Below are positions 15,292 to 28,800 of a stretch of 31,108 bases of DNA, piece by piece. A program made the translations under genes and the position numbers. The stretch is from the IMG/VR virus record IMGVR_UViG_3300020161_002551, positions 1-31,108 of that record; one strand, 5' to 3'. Positions within the stretch are counted from its first letter, which is position 1, and every line of letters begins with the position of its first letter. Origin of the DNA: a virus. Taxonomy: Duplodnaviria; Caudoviricetes. The notes below the pieces were generated by a model that saw only the letters and a program-made list of their open reading frames with translations, had not been told where the DNA came from and made no database searches.

Positions 15292-15851
15292 TTTTTTCTT
15301 TTTGCTCTAATTTTGGTTCTTCTTTGTTTATCCTTTGCTCTCATTGTTGGTTGTGGATTTTTATCAATTGACTTGTTTGCGATATCTTTATCTACCATAA
15401 CATAAGATCCTTGTGGTTGACCTTCTCTCGGAGTGAATCCACCATGAGCTTTAGGAACTTTAACTATTTTTGCTCCCGATTTAAATGCTGATCTTGCCTG
15501 ATCAACAGCACTGGTTGGTTTGTTTTTATTTGCTGCCAAATCTTCTTTAGAGGAAGTTGCTACCCAATTTTTTATTTTCTTACCAAAATTCATTGGAGAA
15601 TCTGTTTTTGTGGCCTTTGGGTTTACCAACCTCAAATTTACTCTAGAGTGACCATAATCGGATCCGACCTTTGGTGATGGAGTGGTGTAAACAATTCCTT
15701 TACGATCATCTGGATGATAAGTTCCGGTGGAAGGAGAATCTTTAAATCCAGATCTCATGATTTCATGCTTAGCTGAATTGGAAGTATAATGTGCAGTGCG
15801 AAGAATCCTCATTCTTCTGGCTTCTTCTAAAAATTGGGAGAATGTTTTCAT
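15288..15851 (-). CDS. Putative capsid-internal protein, possible ADP-ribosyltransferase-like fold
   Basis: MKTFSQFLEEA N-terminus, then HYT...I...GF...VYTT...DYG. Confidence 0.55.
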   Translation of the reverse strand: MKTFSQFLEEARRMRILRTAHYTSNSAKHEIMRSGFKDSPSTGTYHPDDRKGIVYTTPSPKVGSDYGHSRVNLRLVNPKATKTDSPMNFGKKIKNWVATSSKEDLAANKNKPTSAVDQARSAFKSGAKIVKVPKAHGGFTPREGQPQGSYVMVDKDIANKSIDKNPQPTMRAKDKQRRTKIRAKRKN

Positions 15852-16570
15852 GGTTTTTCTCCAAGATCTCTTAATTGCTGTTTAAGATCTTCTGCTCTTT
15901 TCCTTCCCTTTGCTTCACGACTCACAGAAGTTCGAATCAATGCATCACTTGCATTTCCAACTAATTTTGCTTTTTTTCTAACTGATGATCGAATTGCTTC
16001 TTTTTCTTGGTTAACTTTAGGTCTAAATTTTCCAAATGGTTTATTTTCCAACTCTTTCATTCTTGCTGCATTAATTTCAATGCCTCTTGCCAATTCGCCA
16101 ACTCTATCTTTAACTCTAGCTTTTTTTTCTGGAGTCAGATCTCTAAATTCTTCATTAATAATGCTATCCATCCACTCATCAGACATTGACTCGTAAATGG
16201 CAATTGCAGAATCATAATTGTCAGTATAGCCCTCATTTATAAGATATTCTAAAATAAAATCTTCTCTCACCTCAAAGGAAATCTTTCCTCTTTGTTTTCT
16301 TCTTTCTGATTTTGCCTTTTCTTCTTCGGAATTTGGATCTGGTAAGGTTCCTGGTCCAAGTCCTTTAAATACGCTATCCTTTCCTCCAGCAATAGCCCCT
16401 GGTCTTATTTTAGTCGTTTGAGAAGACAAATCCCTTCCTTCATAAACATCCAACAATTCTTCTAATTCATCATCATTCAAATCTTCCAAAAGATATTCTG
16501 CATCTTCATAAGAATCGGCATATCCTTCGAAGTAAAGAAATTTTAAAAGTTTGTTATATTCGTAGTTCAT
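15848..16570 (-). CDS. Putative capsid-internal protein with duplicated acidic 'YL..EGY.D.Y..A' segments
   Basis: Late promoter TATAAATA on the minus strand at 16593-16600. Acidic segments alternate with basic ones. Confidence 0.65.
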   Translation of the reverse strand: MNYEYNKLLKFLYFEGYADSYEDAEYLLEDLNDDELEELLDVYEGRDLSSQTTKIRPGAIAGGKDSVFKGLGPGTLPDPNSEEEKAKSERRKQRGKISFEVREDFILEYLINEGYTDNYDSAIAIYESMSDEWMDSIINEEFRDLTPEKKARVKDRVGELARGIEINAARMKELENKPFGKFRPKVNQEKEAIRSSVRKKAKLVGNASDALIRTSVSREAKGRKRAEDLKQQLRDLGEKP

Positions 16571-16605
16571 TGTTACACTTTCTGTTATTGAATATTTATA
16601 AAAAA

Positions 16606-17190
16606 TTAATGATTTGGATCTGTGATATTTCCATGATGAGTAGTTGGTCTCAATGGAGAAACTTTATTTTGTTTTTGTCTTGGTGAAAGGTTCCTCGCAG
16701 TTCCATGTTGATATCCTCTTTTATCTACGGAACTCATTCCAATTCTAGTGTTGAGAGATGCTCTTCTTGGTCCAACTGGAGATGAGCTAATTGTAGTTCC
16801 TGGTTTTGCACTGGATGCAATTAAAGATTTAATTGTTTGCATCGCCTTTCCAGTTGATCTTCTATTTTCTGTTTCTCCAGTTAGTTCTGAATTTTGAACA
16901 AAATGATTAGGCCCAACTGGAGTGTATGTAACCTTTATTGGATGACTCTTGGAAGATACTTCATATCGATCCCCAGTTTTTTTAAAGTCATAACCTGAAT
17001 GATTTGGATTATTGATTGGCTCAGCAAATCTTTTTGCTGAAGTTCTTACTGTTTCTATTTTTTCTGGCGTTATTTTTGAATTTGTTTTTGATTTATTTCT
17101 TGCTTTTTGCATTGGAGTCTGACCAGATCCTGGTAACTTTTGCATTGGGGGTTTCCATGCATCTACAATAAATTCAGAATATGTTTTCAT
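16606..17190 (-). CDS. Basic late protein with MKTYSEF N-terminus
   Basis: Late promoter TATAAATA on the minus strand at 17212-17219. Confidence 0.7.
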   Translation of the reverse strand: MKTYSEFIVDAWKPPMQKLPGSGQTPMQKARNKSKTNSKITPEKIETVRTSAKRFAEPINNPNHSGYDFKKTGDRYEVSSKSHPIKVTYTPVGPNHFVQNSELTGETENRRSTGKAMQTIKSLIASSAKPGTTISSSPVGPRRASLNTRIGMSSVDKRGYQHGTARNLSPRQKQNKVSPLRPTTHHGNITDPNH

Positions 17191-17302
17191 CTTAATGCAC
17201 CGGAATACAAATATTTATAAAACCCAACAAAATAAATACTACAGAGAATAGGGATAGAAACCCCTCTAAAAGTTCTGATTCACAAGATCAGGAGAAAAAC
17301 TC

Positions 17303-17533
17303 ATGGGAAAACCAGCAGACAGAAATGTAGAATATATGTATTCTACATGGGGAACAACCAAACTAGTTACCGATTATCAAGAATCAGAATTAATTTCTGA
17401 AATCATGAATGATGATTATAGAGAAAAGAATATCAAATCCAAGTGTCAGAACGAATTACACCAAAAAATTCGTAACGATGATGATTATGATGATTGGAAT
17501 TATGGAATGGAGCCAGTTTCATTAATTGGATAA
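17303..17533 (+). CDS. Cyanophage hypothetical protein upstream of gp25
   Basis: AGGAG RBS and late promoter ATAAATA at 17233-17239. Confidence 0.75.
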   Translation: MGKPADRNVEYMYSTWGTTKLVTDYQESELISEIMNDDYREKNIKSKCQNELHQKIRNDDDYDDWNYGMEPVSLIG

Positions 17534-17556
17534 ATATATTAGATTAAAATATATCA

Positions 17557-17958
17557 ATGCCAATAGAACGAGTTAGTAAACAATTTAAAGATATTAGTTT
17601 ATCTTTCACTGTAAATCCTCTCAATTACGATTTAATCGTCATTAAGAATGAGACCGCTATCGCTCGCTCAGTAAGAAATTTAGTATATACGACAATAGGA
17701 GAACGTTTTTTAAATCCTAATCTGGGCTCTAATGTTACCAGAGCCCTTTTTGATAGTCTAGATTCCATTACTGCAAACGTAATACAATCAGAAATTAAAA
17801 CTACGATTGATAACTACGAACCAAGAGTGAATTTAGTATCAGTTAAAGTAACACCAGATTATGATACATTAGAATTTAATGTTACAATTACATACGATAT
17901 TATTGGCATTGATGCATTAAGACAACAACTACAATTTGCACTCTTGCAATCCAGATAA
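17557..17958 (+). CDS. gp25: Baseplate wedge subunit gp25
   Basis: KDISLSF, AIARSVRNLV.T..GER, I.NYEPRV motifs. Located directly before gp6. Confidence 0.92.
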   Translation: MPIERVSKQFKDISLSFTVNPLNYDLIVIKNETAIARSVRNLVYTTIGERFLNPNLGSNVTRALFDSLDSITANVIQSEIKTTIDNYEPRVNLVSVKVTPDYDTLEFNVTITYDIIGIDALRQQLQFALLQSR

Positions 17959-19872
17959 ATGGCACTTGTAAATTTTTCGAATCTAGATTTCGAACAAATA
18001 AAAATCTCAATCAAAGACTATCTAAGATCCAATTCTAATTTTACGGATTATGATTTTGATGGATCTAACATGTCAATTATTGTTGATATGTTAGCATATA
18101 ATACTTACATAAATTCGTTTAATGCGAATATGTTAAGTAATGAAGTTTTTATTGACAGTGCCACATTGAGAGAAAATGTAGTCTCTTTGGCAAGTAATAT
18201 CGGATATTTACCAAAGTCAAAAACTGCAGCTAGAGGAATATTATCATTCAGTGTTGATACAAGTACAATTGAATCTGGATTAACTCCATCTACTATAACA
18301 TTAAAAAAAGGAACAGTATGCACATCATCTGCATCTTATAACGGTCAAACATATTCTTTTATTATAAAAGATGATATTACAGTTCCAGTTCAAACTAATC
18401 TAGCTACTTTTGATAATGTTGAAATTTATGAGGGTTCATATATTGTAAGTAGCTTTACTGTGAATTCATATGAATACAATCAAAGATTCATATTGGACAA
18501 TTCAAGTATTGATACATCATTAATTTCTGTTACTGTTAGAGGAACATCAGAAGAAGTCGCATACAAATTCAATTTAGTTGATAATTTGACAGATGTTACT
18601 CCAACATCAAAAATATTTTTTGTTCGAGAAATAGAAGATCAAAGATATGAATTAATTTTTGGAGATGGGCAGTTTGGACAAAAATTAAATAATGGAGACT
18701 ATATTGAAGTATCTTATGTTGTAACTAATGGTGAATTGGGAAATGGAATTCCAAGCGTAGCTTTCAGCGGAAGATTATATGATAATAATGAAAGAAGTAT
18801 AACTGATGGAATTTCACTTGCAGTTTTAACTGAATCAACCAAAGGCGGAAATGAAATTGAAACAGTAGACTCAATTAGAAAATATGCACCAAAATTATAT
18901 TCTACTCAGAACAGAGCAGTAACGCCAAGTGATTATGAGACTATTGTTCCTTTAGTTTACCCAGAGATTGATTCGGTATCATCTTTTGGTGGAGAAGAAC
19001 TAACTCCCCCACAATTTGGTAAAGTATTTCTAAGTATTAAACCAAAATTTGGAGCATTTCTATCTAACAGTACCAAGGACGAAATAAAAAGAAAATTAAA
19101 AAAATATTCCGTATCTGGAATTGGTATTGAAATTTTAGATCTAAAATATCTTTATTTGGAAATAAATTCATACGTTTATTATAATTCAAATACCACTTTA
19201 AGTACAGATCAATTAAAAGAATCAATTCGCCAAAATGTTAAATCATATTCCGAATCATCTGATCTTAACAAATATGGTGCCAGATTTAAATATAGCAAAT
19301 TCCAAAAGTTAATCGACAATACTAGTTCATCTATCACATCAAATATTACTACCATACAAATAAGAAGAGATTTAAGACCAGTATTAAACAAATATGCGGA
19401 TTATGAAATTTGTTTTGGTAATGAATTTTATTCAGAAAGAACTGATGGGTATAATATAAAGTCTTCTGGATTTAAAGTTGATGGAATCTCATCCACAGTC
19501 TATATTTCAGATAAGCCCACAAAAGGAACTACATATGGAAAGATATTTTTGTTTACTTTAGATATACAAAATAATCCTCAAATATTAAGAAGTTCAATAG
19601 GAACAATTGATTATAAAAAAGGAGAAATCAAAATAAATCCAATAAATATAGTATCTACTTTAAAAAATACTGGTGGCGAGCCAATAATAGAAATATCTGC
19701 AATTCCCACCTCAAATGATGTAATTGGATTACAAGATTTGTATTTACAACTGAGTCTAAATGATTTTAATGTAGAGACGAGACAAGATAATATTGAATCT
19801 GGTTATGATATATCTGGTACAAATTACATTACAACTTCTAGTTATGTCAATGGAGATCCCGTAAGAAGCTAA
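17959..19872 (+). CDS. gp6: Baseplate wedge subunit gp6
   Basis: LDFEQIK, FTDYDFDGS, LAYNTY, FGDG, QNRAVT..DY and GTIDY..G motifs. Confidence 0.93.
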   Translation: MALVNFSNLDFEQIKISIKDYLRSNSNFTDYDFDGSNMSIIVDMLAYNTYINSFNANMLSNEVFIDSATLRENVVSLASNIGYLPKSKTAARGILSFSVDTSTIESGLTPSTITLKKGTVCTSSASYNGQTYSFIIKDDITVPVQTNLATFDNVEIYEGSYIVSSFTVNSYEYNQRFILDNSSIDTSLISVTVRGTSEEVAYKFNLVDNLTDVTPTSKIFFVREIEDQRYELIFGDGQFGQKLNNGDYIEVSYVVTNGELGNGIPSVAFSGRLYDNNERSITDGISLAVLTESTKGGNEIETVDSIRKYAPKLYSTQNRAVTPSDYETIVPLVYPEIDSVSSFGGEELTPPQFGKVFLSIKPKFGAFLSNSTKDEIKRKLKKYSVSGIGIEILDLKYLYLEINSYVYYNSNTTLSTDQLKESIRQNVKSYSESSDLNKYGARFKYSKFQKLIDNTSSSITSNITTIQIRRDLRPVLNKYADYEICFGNEFYSERTDGYNIKSSGFKVDGISSTVYISDKPTKGTTYGKIFLFTLDIQNNPQILRSSIGTIDYKKGEIKINPINIVSTLKNTGGEPIIEISAIPTSNDVIGLQDLYLQLSLNDFNVETRQDNIESGYDISGTNYITTSSYVNGDPVRS

Positions 19873-19875
19873 GAC

Positions 19876-22800
19876 ATGAAAACAAAAATAGATATCTCGC
19901 TACTAATAGAAAATCAACTACCTGCATTCGTAAGAGACGAATATCCAGTATTTGTTGAATTTTTAACTGAATATTATAGAGCAATAGAGGCAAAAGGAAA
20001 CCCAATTGATATAATTAGAAATATTGATAGCTATATTAAATTAGAAAATTTAACCAACGTACCTGCTTCTACTACTCTAACCTCTGACTTAGTAAGTTAC
20101 GATACAACAGTAACAGTAGATAGCACGGAAGGATTTCCAGATAATTATGGTTTAATTCAAATTAATTCTGAAATAATATTATACCGCACAAAAACAAGCA
20201 CTTCATTTTTAAACTGTAGTCGTGGATTCAGTGGGACTACTGGATATGTTAATGGAGAACTAGTATTTTCAGAAACATCAGCAGATAATCACACATCTAA
20301 TGTAGATGTAATCAATTTGAATCAACTTTTATTAGAAAATTTTCTACTAAAAATAAAAAAACAGATATTTCCGGGCTTTGAAAACAAAGAATTATATCAA
20401 GATATAAATCAAAGACTGTTTATTTCTAGATCAAAAGATTTTTATTCAGCAAAGGGAACTATTAGTTCTTTTGAAATTTTATTCAAGGCGCTATATGGTG
20501 AAGAAATAAGCATTATAACACCAAAAGATTATCTATTTAAGCCATCTGACGCACAGTATAGAATCACTAAAGATATTATAGTTGAGCAAATAGAGGGAGA
20601 TGCTCTAGATTTAGAAGGTAGAACATTATTTCAAGATCAAACTAGCATTTCAAACAAAAGTTATGGTGCAATCACTAGAGTAGAACCAATTACAAGAAAT
20701 AATATTACATATTATAAATTAAGTTTAGATTATGATTATAAAAAAGACATCAATTTAGTTGGTGGTACTGTATTTGGTGAGTTTTCAATTACACCAAGAG
20801 CATATTCACTAAAAGAAATACAATATACTGATGATTATATTGATGTTGATTCGACTATTGGATTTCCATCTTCTGGAGAATTGGTTGTAAATACTGGAAT
20901 AGTAACATATTCTGACAAAAATATATCTCAATTTTTAAATTGCACAGGTATTACTACATATTATCCAATTAAAACTGAAGTAAAATTAAATGAATATGCA
21001 TACGCAAATGATGGGGCAATTAAAGTAAGGATACTTGCTACCATATCCGATGCGGATAATCTAGAAAATTCTTACTTATATCGACCAGAAGATAAAACAA
21101 AAGTATTAACTTATGGATATAATTTTGATGGACCCAATTATAATAATTGGATTTTTAATATATCCCCAAGTATAGATGCTAATATTACAAATATTACTAC
21201 TCTTGGTGGAGGACTAAAAAGATATGAAGTCCAAACAATAGATGACAATACATTTTATATAAACGATAATATAGAAATTGAATATATTGATGGAAGTAAC
21301 GTGAGGCAAATTGGAATATTTTCAATAAAAAATATAATTATACCAAAGAAAAAATTTCAATTTGATTCAATAATTAGCATTTCTCAAGTATTGAATGTCA
21401 ATAAAATAATATCAAAATTTAACGATACTCCATATAATGCTAACGTACAGAATGTATATGGAGATTTGACAGAAATTGACAATCTTTATGTTTGTTCCAA
21501 TTCTTTGCCAAAATATTTGACTTATCCTAGTGATAATTTGGAAATAGATTATCAGGTAAAAACTTTATCTGGTAATTATGGAGATCAGGAATTAGATACT
21601 CTTGATATTAATAATCATGGATTTTTAACAGGAGAGGAAGTAATATATTTCCCTGGAGCTGGATCAAATAATATTGGAATAGTAACAAATAGTTATTTTA
21701 TAAAAAGAATAACCGAAAACAAAATAAAGTTAGCAGAAAGCAGAGAAAATGTATATAAATCCATCTATGTTGGAATTAATTCTTCTTCATATTTAACTGG
21801 AACTGAAAATAAATTAGTACCAGCAAAATATGTTAAAAATTTATCCGAAATAAAAGAGGTAACTCAACAAGCATTAGTTAGAAATATTTCTCCAGTAATT
21901 TCAACAAAAACAAAAGAAAAGACAGATTCTGGTTATATTGGATTGTTGATTAATGGAGTTGAAATTTTAAACTATAAGTCCGAAGATTCTATATTTTATG
22001 GCCAAATAACTGATGTAAATGTAGCTACATCAACGGAAGATTTCGATGTATTATTCCCACCTACAATTCAAATTATTGATGTTGACTCTAATAACAATCC
22101 AATTGGAGTTGGCGCATCTGTATTTTGCAACGTCCAAGGATCTCTTTCTAGAATTGATATAATAAACCCTGGATTTAACTATGATACTGAGCCAAAAATA
22201 GAAATATCAGGAGGGAATGGATATGGAGCATCCGCAAAAGCAAATTTAATTCCATATACTTATGAAATTTCATTTTCTTCTTCCCTAGTAAATACTTCTC
22301 AAAATTATATTGGATTTGGTACATATCATAATTTCACAAAAGGAGAAAAAGTAACATATAATACCAACGGAAATACTCCAATAACTGGTCTGAATGCTAA
22401 TTCAAATTATTATATTTCTATTTTCAGTTCAACTGAAATAAAATTACATAAAAATTTTGAAGATGCAATATTGGGAACCAACGAAATTCAATTAACTTCG
22501 GTTGTATTTGGCATACAAAAATTAATATCATCAAATAAAAAGAAAAAAATTGGATCAATAAAAATTATAAATTCTGGTTATGGATATAATAAAGGAGTTT
22601 CCATTGCATATCCAAATCAAATTGACATCGAACAAAATATAATTACAATAAAAAATCATATTTACTCTACTGGAGAAAAAATAAAATATTCTTATTCTGG
22701 AACTTCAATTTCTGGATTAAACACCACTGATTCATATTATGTCACAAAAATTAATGATGATAGTATTGCATTGTCATATATTGGAACTCCATCACAAGGA

Positions 22801-25800
22801 GATGATTTTTATCTAAAGAATAGACAATATGTATCCCTTGGTTCAATTGGATCGGGAACGCATACATTTTCATATGAGCCAATATCAGTATCAGTAGTAC
22901 CTACTTCACAAACAAATCAGATAATAACCGCAGCTGTAAATCCAATATTAAGAGGAAAGATAAAAAATATTGTAGTTACAAATAATGGTGTTGGCTATGG
23001 TACTCCAGAAATAATAAATTACAACAGGCAACCAAAATTTGAAATTACAAAAGGATCTGGAGCACTAGTTGATATTATAATCAGTGGGACTACTATACAA
23101 AAAGTGGTTATAATAAATCCTGGATTAAATTATGAATCATTACCTACTTTAAATGTTATTGGAGATGGAAATGGCGCAATATTAACTCCTATCATAAGTA
23201 ATGGAAAATTAGTAGAAGTCAAAGTAATTAACGGTGGACTGGGATATACTAAAGAAAAAACAAAAATAAATGTAGTTTCAGCCGGAACTAAAGCAATATT
23301 ATATGCAAATATACAGAAATGGACTATAAATTTATTTAATAGGTATTTAAATTATAATCCAACTAGAATTAAATTGCATGATGGGATAATAGAAAATTCA
23401 TTAAATCCAACTTATGAATTGGAATATTCTCATTTATATTCACCTAGACAATTGAGGCAAATAGTTTATTCCTCAAATTATGATGAATCTTCAGTAAAAT
23501 TAACCTCTGATATTGAAAACGACGATGGAACTCCATCTGCACATTCTCCAATTTTAGGTTGGGCTTACGATGGATGTCCAATTTATGGTCCATATGGATT
23601 TGATTATACTGGAAAAATAAAACAATATATCTCGGGATATGATATATCCCAAAGTATAGATTCAAATCGTCCACCAATAGGAACATATGTTTCTGGATTT
23701 TTTGTTGAGGATTATATCTATACTGCGGATAAAAATAAAATTGATGATGAAAGTAAATATGAATATCTAGATGAAAATAACGGAAGATATTGTATTACCC
23801 CAGAGTATCCAAATGGAGTATATGCATATTTTACCTCACTAGAGAAAGAAATAGAATCAAATCCAAATGATCCATTTAATGGATACAAAAAGCCAAAATT
23901 CCCATATTTTATTGGAAATTACTATAAATTTAAGAAAAATATCTTCAATTTAGACAAAAATTCAACTCAGAATAATTTTAATTTTATTGACAATCAAATA
24001 CTTAGAAACACAACTCCATATAATTTGACCAGTGAAAATAGTAAATATGATTTTATTCCAAATCCAGATAAAATAAATTCAGAATTATCTAAAGTAAAAT
24101 CAACAGAAAGTGGAAGAGTAAATAATGTCGATATAAATTATGGTGGACAAAATTACAAAGTTAAAGATAAAATAATTTTTGAAGATACTGAGACTGGAAA
24201 TAAGTTATATTCAGCATATGTTCAAAATATTTCTGGAGTAGGAGTAAATACAATTTCATCTTCTTCCTATGTTATTAATAATGTGGAATTTTATCCCCAA
24301 TTAGAAAAAAATACTAATTTCATAGGAATATCAACAATACCACATGAATTAATTGATAATGATTACGTCAATATCATTGGAATTGGATCTGATAATATTA
24401 ATTTTAACATAGATTCAAGTATATCTGTTACTTCTGAGAAGTATTCTTTATCTTTGGCAGTTAGCAATGCATCTACAACTGGAATAGTAACATATTTCAG
24501 CGTATACGGGGATTTGACTTTCCCTAGAATCATGGAAAATGATATATTTGAAGTTGACACTGAGCAAGTAAAAATATTATCAGTAGATAAAAAAAATTCT
24601 AGACTATTAGTACAAAGAGAATATAACAATACTACTGGAGCTTCTCATCAATACTCATCTAATTTAAATGAGATACCAAGAAAATTCAAATTTAATTATA
24701 GTGATAATCCAGATAGAATAGTTGATATTAACCGAGAATTATATTTTAATCCATCAGAATCAGTTGGAATTGGAACAACTGTATTTTCAAATACAATAAT
24801 TATTTCAAATCCAGGAGCTGGTGAAACTAGCATAATAGTGCCAAATGGAGCAATATACTTAGAAAATCACAAATTTAAAACTGGACAAGAGGTATTATAT
24901 TCATATAATATTGGAACTTCAATCTCATGTTACAATAGCAATAATACTTATTTTACATTAACTAACAATTCTCAAGTATATGTAGCTGCTTTGAATGATA
25001 ATTTGATTGGAATATCAACTATTCCAGTTGGAGTTGGATCAACAGGAACAATTATTGGAATTGGAACTACAAAATATCCTTTATTATATTTTACTAGCGT
25101 TGGTTCCGGAGTAACACACAGCTTTAAGACAACTTATAATGCTATTTCTGGTAATGTTTATAAAAATATTGTTACTGTGAATACAAATGAGCAACATAAT
25201 TTACAAGTAAATGATGAAATTGATGTAAATTGTGCTCCTGGAATTACAACATCATTTAAAATTGTATATAATTTTGATAGAAAGCGTCTCACTGTTTTTT
25301 ATACTTCATTTTTAGCATCAGATTTAAATATTGTTAATAATACAATTCAAATTAATAATCATAAATTAAATTTTGGCGATAAAATATTACTGACATTAAC
25401 TGGTACTGCGACCGGATTGCAAAATAATGGAATATATTACGTTGTACCAATAGATAAAGATACAATATCATTATCATCAAACTATTATAACAATATTATA
25501 CCTCCTTCTATTGTCGATTTTTCTAGTACATCAAATGGAAGTATATATTTAATAAATCCAGAATTAACAGTATATAAAAATTCAATTTTAACTTTTGATT
25601 TGTCTGATAGCAGCTTATCATACAATGATGGAAATTCATATGATTCTGCGTTTGATTTTAAAGTATATACAAATTCAAATTTTGTTGACGAGATACTTCC
25701 ATCAAGTATAGTTAAAACTGGTGTAATTGGTATTGACGTAAATGCATCAGTTAAAATAGAATATGATTCAACTCAAACTGAATTATATTATAATTTGATT

Positions 25801-28800
25801 CCAGTCGCTAATTTAGCATTGCCTTTGGCACAAAAAAATATAATAACAGATAATTATTTTGTTATAAACAATAATAAAATATCACTAAAAGATAGCATTT
25901 ATTCTGGTCTACATTCAGTAACTGGAATTACTAGCTACACGTTCAATTATAATACCAAATTACCAACAGAAAATATAGAATATAATAAAGTTAGTTCATC
26001 TATAACTTATTCGACAAGTTCAAGTTCAGCTCTTGGTCAAATAGATAAAATAAAATTAATATATCCAGAAAAATTATATAAAACTTTACCCTTTATTTCT
26101 AGTATAGTTTCATCTACTGGGACAAACGCAATATTAAGTACATATACTACAGAAATTGGTAAGATAAAATCTGCCGAATTAAATTCTGTATTATTTAATT
26201 ATTCTTCCGATAATACTATACGACCATTTGTGAAGTTTCCGGAAATCTTAAAAATAGATCCATTATCAAAATTACAATTTGTTACTGTAAATACATATGG
26301 AAAAAATTATACAACCCCACCATCCCTAATAGTAATTGATACATTTACTAATGAAATAGTCGATTGTGAATTAAAATATACTCTTGGGGTTGGCGATGTT
26401 CAAATAATAAGAAATGCGAATACAATTCACGATTCGACGCCGAAAATTATTCCGGTCAATAATTCAAATGGAGTAGGAATTAGTTCAATTTCATATAATT
26501 CAATATCAAAAGAAGTAACTGTCTCTCTAAATGCCGAATTTTCGCAGATAGAAGATTTTCCATTTCAAATTGATAGTAACGTATTTGTAGAAAATGTTCA
26601 AGTAATTTCTGGTAACAATTATAATTCATCTAACTTCAATTATAATTTTTTCCCTGTTGTTTCAATTGACATAAATCCTGGTGGCGGAGGATCTACAGTT
26701 GTTTATAGTCTATCTCAATATAATATTGCTAGTTTGGGCGAATTTGATCCTATAAATTCAAGTGGAAAATTAATTCCCCAAGATCAAATGGTAACTTTTA
26801 ATGCCATATTGGAGAAAAATAATTTTGCAGAGGGAGAAACTGTTTATGTTGATATAAACAATACAATTACTGGAACAGTTCAAAGGTGGGATAATAAAAA
26901 TAAATTAGTGGCAGTTATAACAGTAAACCATTTTGAAGTCGGAACTAAAATAATTGGAAAAACCACCGGAACTCAGGGCACAATTGTATCAAATAATAAT
27001 TTTAATTGTACATATAATATTTCCCCATCTAGTATAGTCAATTCTGGGTGGCAACGTTATACTGGATTCTTAAACGAGGACACTCAAAGATTACACAATA
27101 ATAATTATTATCAATATTTCTCATATTCAATAAAATCAAAAGTTCCATATCAAACATGGAATGATTCGGTAAGTTCACTTGCCCATATTTCCGGATTTAA
27201 AAAATTTAGTGATTTGGTAGTGGAGTCAAAAGATACGACAAATACTGGAATATCTACAGATCAAAATATAATTACAGTTGATATAATACAAAATCTTGAT
27301 AGTGTAATTGATATTGAAAATGTAGTGGATTTTGATTTAGGATACGAAAATATCAAATCATCTGGACCTCAATATATTTCAGATGAAGTAATATTCAACT
27401 CATCTTTACTACAAGATTATACTGAATCTTTTAGTAATGTTGTATTGAATTTGGATGATATATCCACATTATTCAGTTCAATTGATGATGTTACTAAATT
27501 AACTTCTTTTGATTTAACATATCAAAACTATCCAATATTTGAAAAAATATTTGATGGATCAGATTCACAAATAGTTAATATAACTGAAGATTCAATTTAC
27601 ATCCCAAGGCACTTTTTTAGGACAGGAGAAAAAGTAAATTATATTTCTAATATATCTAACCTTACTGACACCCAAAATTCAATTGGAATTGCCACTACTT
27701 TAGTTGGAGTTGCCTTAACTGATAAATTGCCATCAGTAGCATATGTCTATAAAGTGGATGATAATAGTATTAAATTGTGTGAAACTGCATTAAATTCAAA
27801 TTCAACACCAGTTAACTCATTTAATTTAACTAATGTTGGGATAGGAACAACCCATTATATTAGAGCATTAAGTCAAAATTCACGTTGTTTGATATCAATT
27901 GATAATGTAATACAATCTCCTATAGTTGGTACCGCAATTTCAACTACATTAACACTAAATGTAAATCTATTAGATGAGGTAATAATTTTCAGTAATCCAT
28001 TAAACTTTTATAGTGGAGATTTAGTTAAAATCGATGATGAATTGTTAAAAGTGGATGCGGTTGGAGTAGGAACCACAAATTATGTCAAAGTAATTAGATC
28101 ATTTATGGGATCTGGTATATCTACCCATGTATCGGGGTCAATGATAAGAAAGATGAAGGGAAATTATAATATAGTTGGAAATATTATTAATTTTTCAAGT
28201 CCACCATATGGAGCACTAAAAACTGAAAATGATTTCATAGAGGATGGAACCGGAGTAATTACAGAAGAAATCAAAAAATCTACTTTCCAAGGTAGAGTGT
28301 ATTTAAGATCATCTGCAGAAAATAGTTCTTCCGATACTTATTCCAAAAATTATATCTATGATGATATTTCACAAGATTTTGATGCAGTAAATAAAAATTA
28401 CAATTTAAAATATAATGGAACATCATTACTTGGATTACAATACGAAAGTCCTATTATTTTAATCAATAGCATATTGCAGGGACCAACAAAGGATTATAAT
28501 TTGGTTGAGGTTGGTAGCAATACACAATTACAATTTACTGGTACTGCTACCTCTACTTTATATGATCCAAATACAGCTAGTGTTCCGAGAGGAGGAATTA
28601 TACTTTCCGTTGGATCGACATCTGGATATGGATATCGGCCATTAGTATCTGCTGGCGGAACTGCAATAGTTGGTGCCGGTGGAACCATTAGCTCAATCAG
28701 CATAGGAAATTCTGGTTCTGGATATAGAGTTGGTATCCAAACAGCAATTTATGTCGGAATACAAACATATAGTGACGACATTCCAAATATAACAATAGTT

